From assembly GCF_004010195.1 (NCBI RefSeq), contig NC_057717.1, positions 41,688,260 through 41,751,757 on the forward strand: a stretch of DNA of 63,498 nt, read 5' to 3'. Origin of the DNA: Chiloscyllium plagiosum. Lineage: Eukaryota. Shown piece after piece: positions 62,201 through 63,498 of this stretch (the first letter of the stretch is position 1; each line of letters starts with the position of its first letter). A program made the translations under genes and the position numbers. Under the pieces are notes generated by a model. It saw only the letters and a program-made list of their open reading frames with translations. It was not told where the DNA came from and made no database searches.

Positions 62201-63498
62201 AGTGGTTAGTCTGAAAGATGAGGTTTGGTGATGAACTGCGTGTCAGTTTGATAGTTATTTAAGCTAAAGATTACTTGTTCATTTCTCAAATCATATTTAC
62301 ATAAATACTCAGCTGTAACACTCCAAAGTCTCTGAACCTTAATGGTCCTCCATTTTTCAGAGGCCTCCAGAATTCAGATAATTGTAAATTAAATGTTTCA
62401 ACTTCCAGATAATTGGCATGAGTTCAGCAGTGACAGCCATCCTCCCGTCCCAGTGCTCAGCTCCTGCCTGTGCTGCTGCTGCAGTGACCTTCCTCCCAGA
62501 GAGAACATTCTGCCTTGCATTGATAAGTGAGGAAGGCTCACTGGACCTGATTTCCAGGTATGGGGACGACAAACACGAGGGGACACAACTTTAAAGTGAG
62601 GAGAGATAGGTATAAGACAGATGTCAGAGGTAGTTTCTTTACTCATTGAGTAGTAAGGGTATGGAATGCTTTGCCTGCAACGGTAGTAGATTCGCCAAGT
62701 TTAAGTACATTTAAGTTGTCATTGGACAAACATATGGACGTACATGGAATAGTGTAGGTGGGATGGGCTTCAGGTTAGTATGACAGGGCAGCGCAACATC
62801 GAGGGCCGAAGGGCCTGTACTACGCTGTAATGTACTATGTTCTATGATTCACTCTGATTTCTCTCCGGGGGTACTGCCAGCTGTTGGGTATTTCCAGTAG
62901 CACGGTACCTCGTGAGGCGGCACCTGGGTCCGTGGTTAGCGCTGCTGCCTCACAGTGCTCGAGACTCGGGTTCCATTCCAGCCTCGGGTGACTATCTGTG
63001 TGGAGTTGGCACTTTTTCCCCATGCCTGTGTGCGTTTCCTCCCACAGTCCAAAGATGTGCAAGCTGGGCGAATTGCAAATGTTGTGTTCAGTGATTGGGA
63101 GTTTACGTGCATTAGTCAGGGTTAACTGTATCATAATAGGGTAGGGAATGGGTCTGGATGCGTTACTTTTCAGAGGGTGGGTGTGGACTTGTTGGACCAA
63201 ATGGCCTGTTTGTACACACTGTAGAATTTCGATGAATCTGCATTTCCTTGGTTTGTATTTTGTGAAACGTCTCTGCTCTTCACAGCAATCCAGTGAAAGT
63301 GTCAGTTGGTGAGATCTTCAAACAGTTACTGGGGTGGGATCAGGATGTTCTTCTTCCGAAATTATATGGCAATGGTCAAGGTTGAGGGCATGTTTCTAAA
63401 GAGGGAACCAATGATCATGATCAGAAACTGATAGGAAACAAAAATAAACCCCAGTTATGCTCTCGACTTCAGCGGGAGCATATTGGCAAACGTTTACA

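Overview
Vertebrate genomic DNA from a cartilaginous fish (inferred shark) with four N-gaps. It holds three head-to-tail, highly similar immunoglobulin heavy-chain (IgM, mu) miniloci in cluster organisation (L-VH-D1-D2-JH-CH1..CH4/secretory tail), all on the + strand. Cluster 1 (6029-18154): L, V, D1, D2, J and CH1 look intact with canonical 23 / 12-22 / 12-12 / 23 RSS; CH2-CH4 are not visible (a gap follows CH1). Cluster 2 (29696-46216): intact J, but V-D-D are not visible and the C region is disabled (CH1 Trp->Arg, CH2 frameshift, CH4 nonsense). Cluster 3 (51237-end): V and J both carry stop codons; CH1 lies just past the window end. No transmembrane exon is visible. The rest is CR1-type LINE fragments, HE1-like SINEs, Penelope-like elements and local duplications. 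Unexpectedly, the spacers contain what look like decayed secreted four-helix-cytokine-like genes: a four-exon phase-0 candidate at 20498-22990, and a TATA/leader-bearing, LINE-interrupted candidate at ~640-1893 with an inverted paralogue and partial copies in the other units. There is also a compact E-box/ETS/EBF/octamer-like motif cluster resembling a B-cell enhancer at ~26095-26304. The cytokine assignments come from by-eye comparison with recalled human sequences and need an HMM or structure test.
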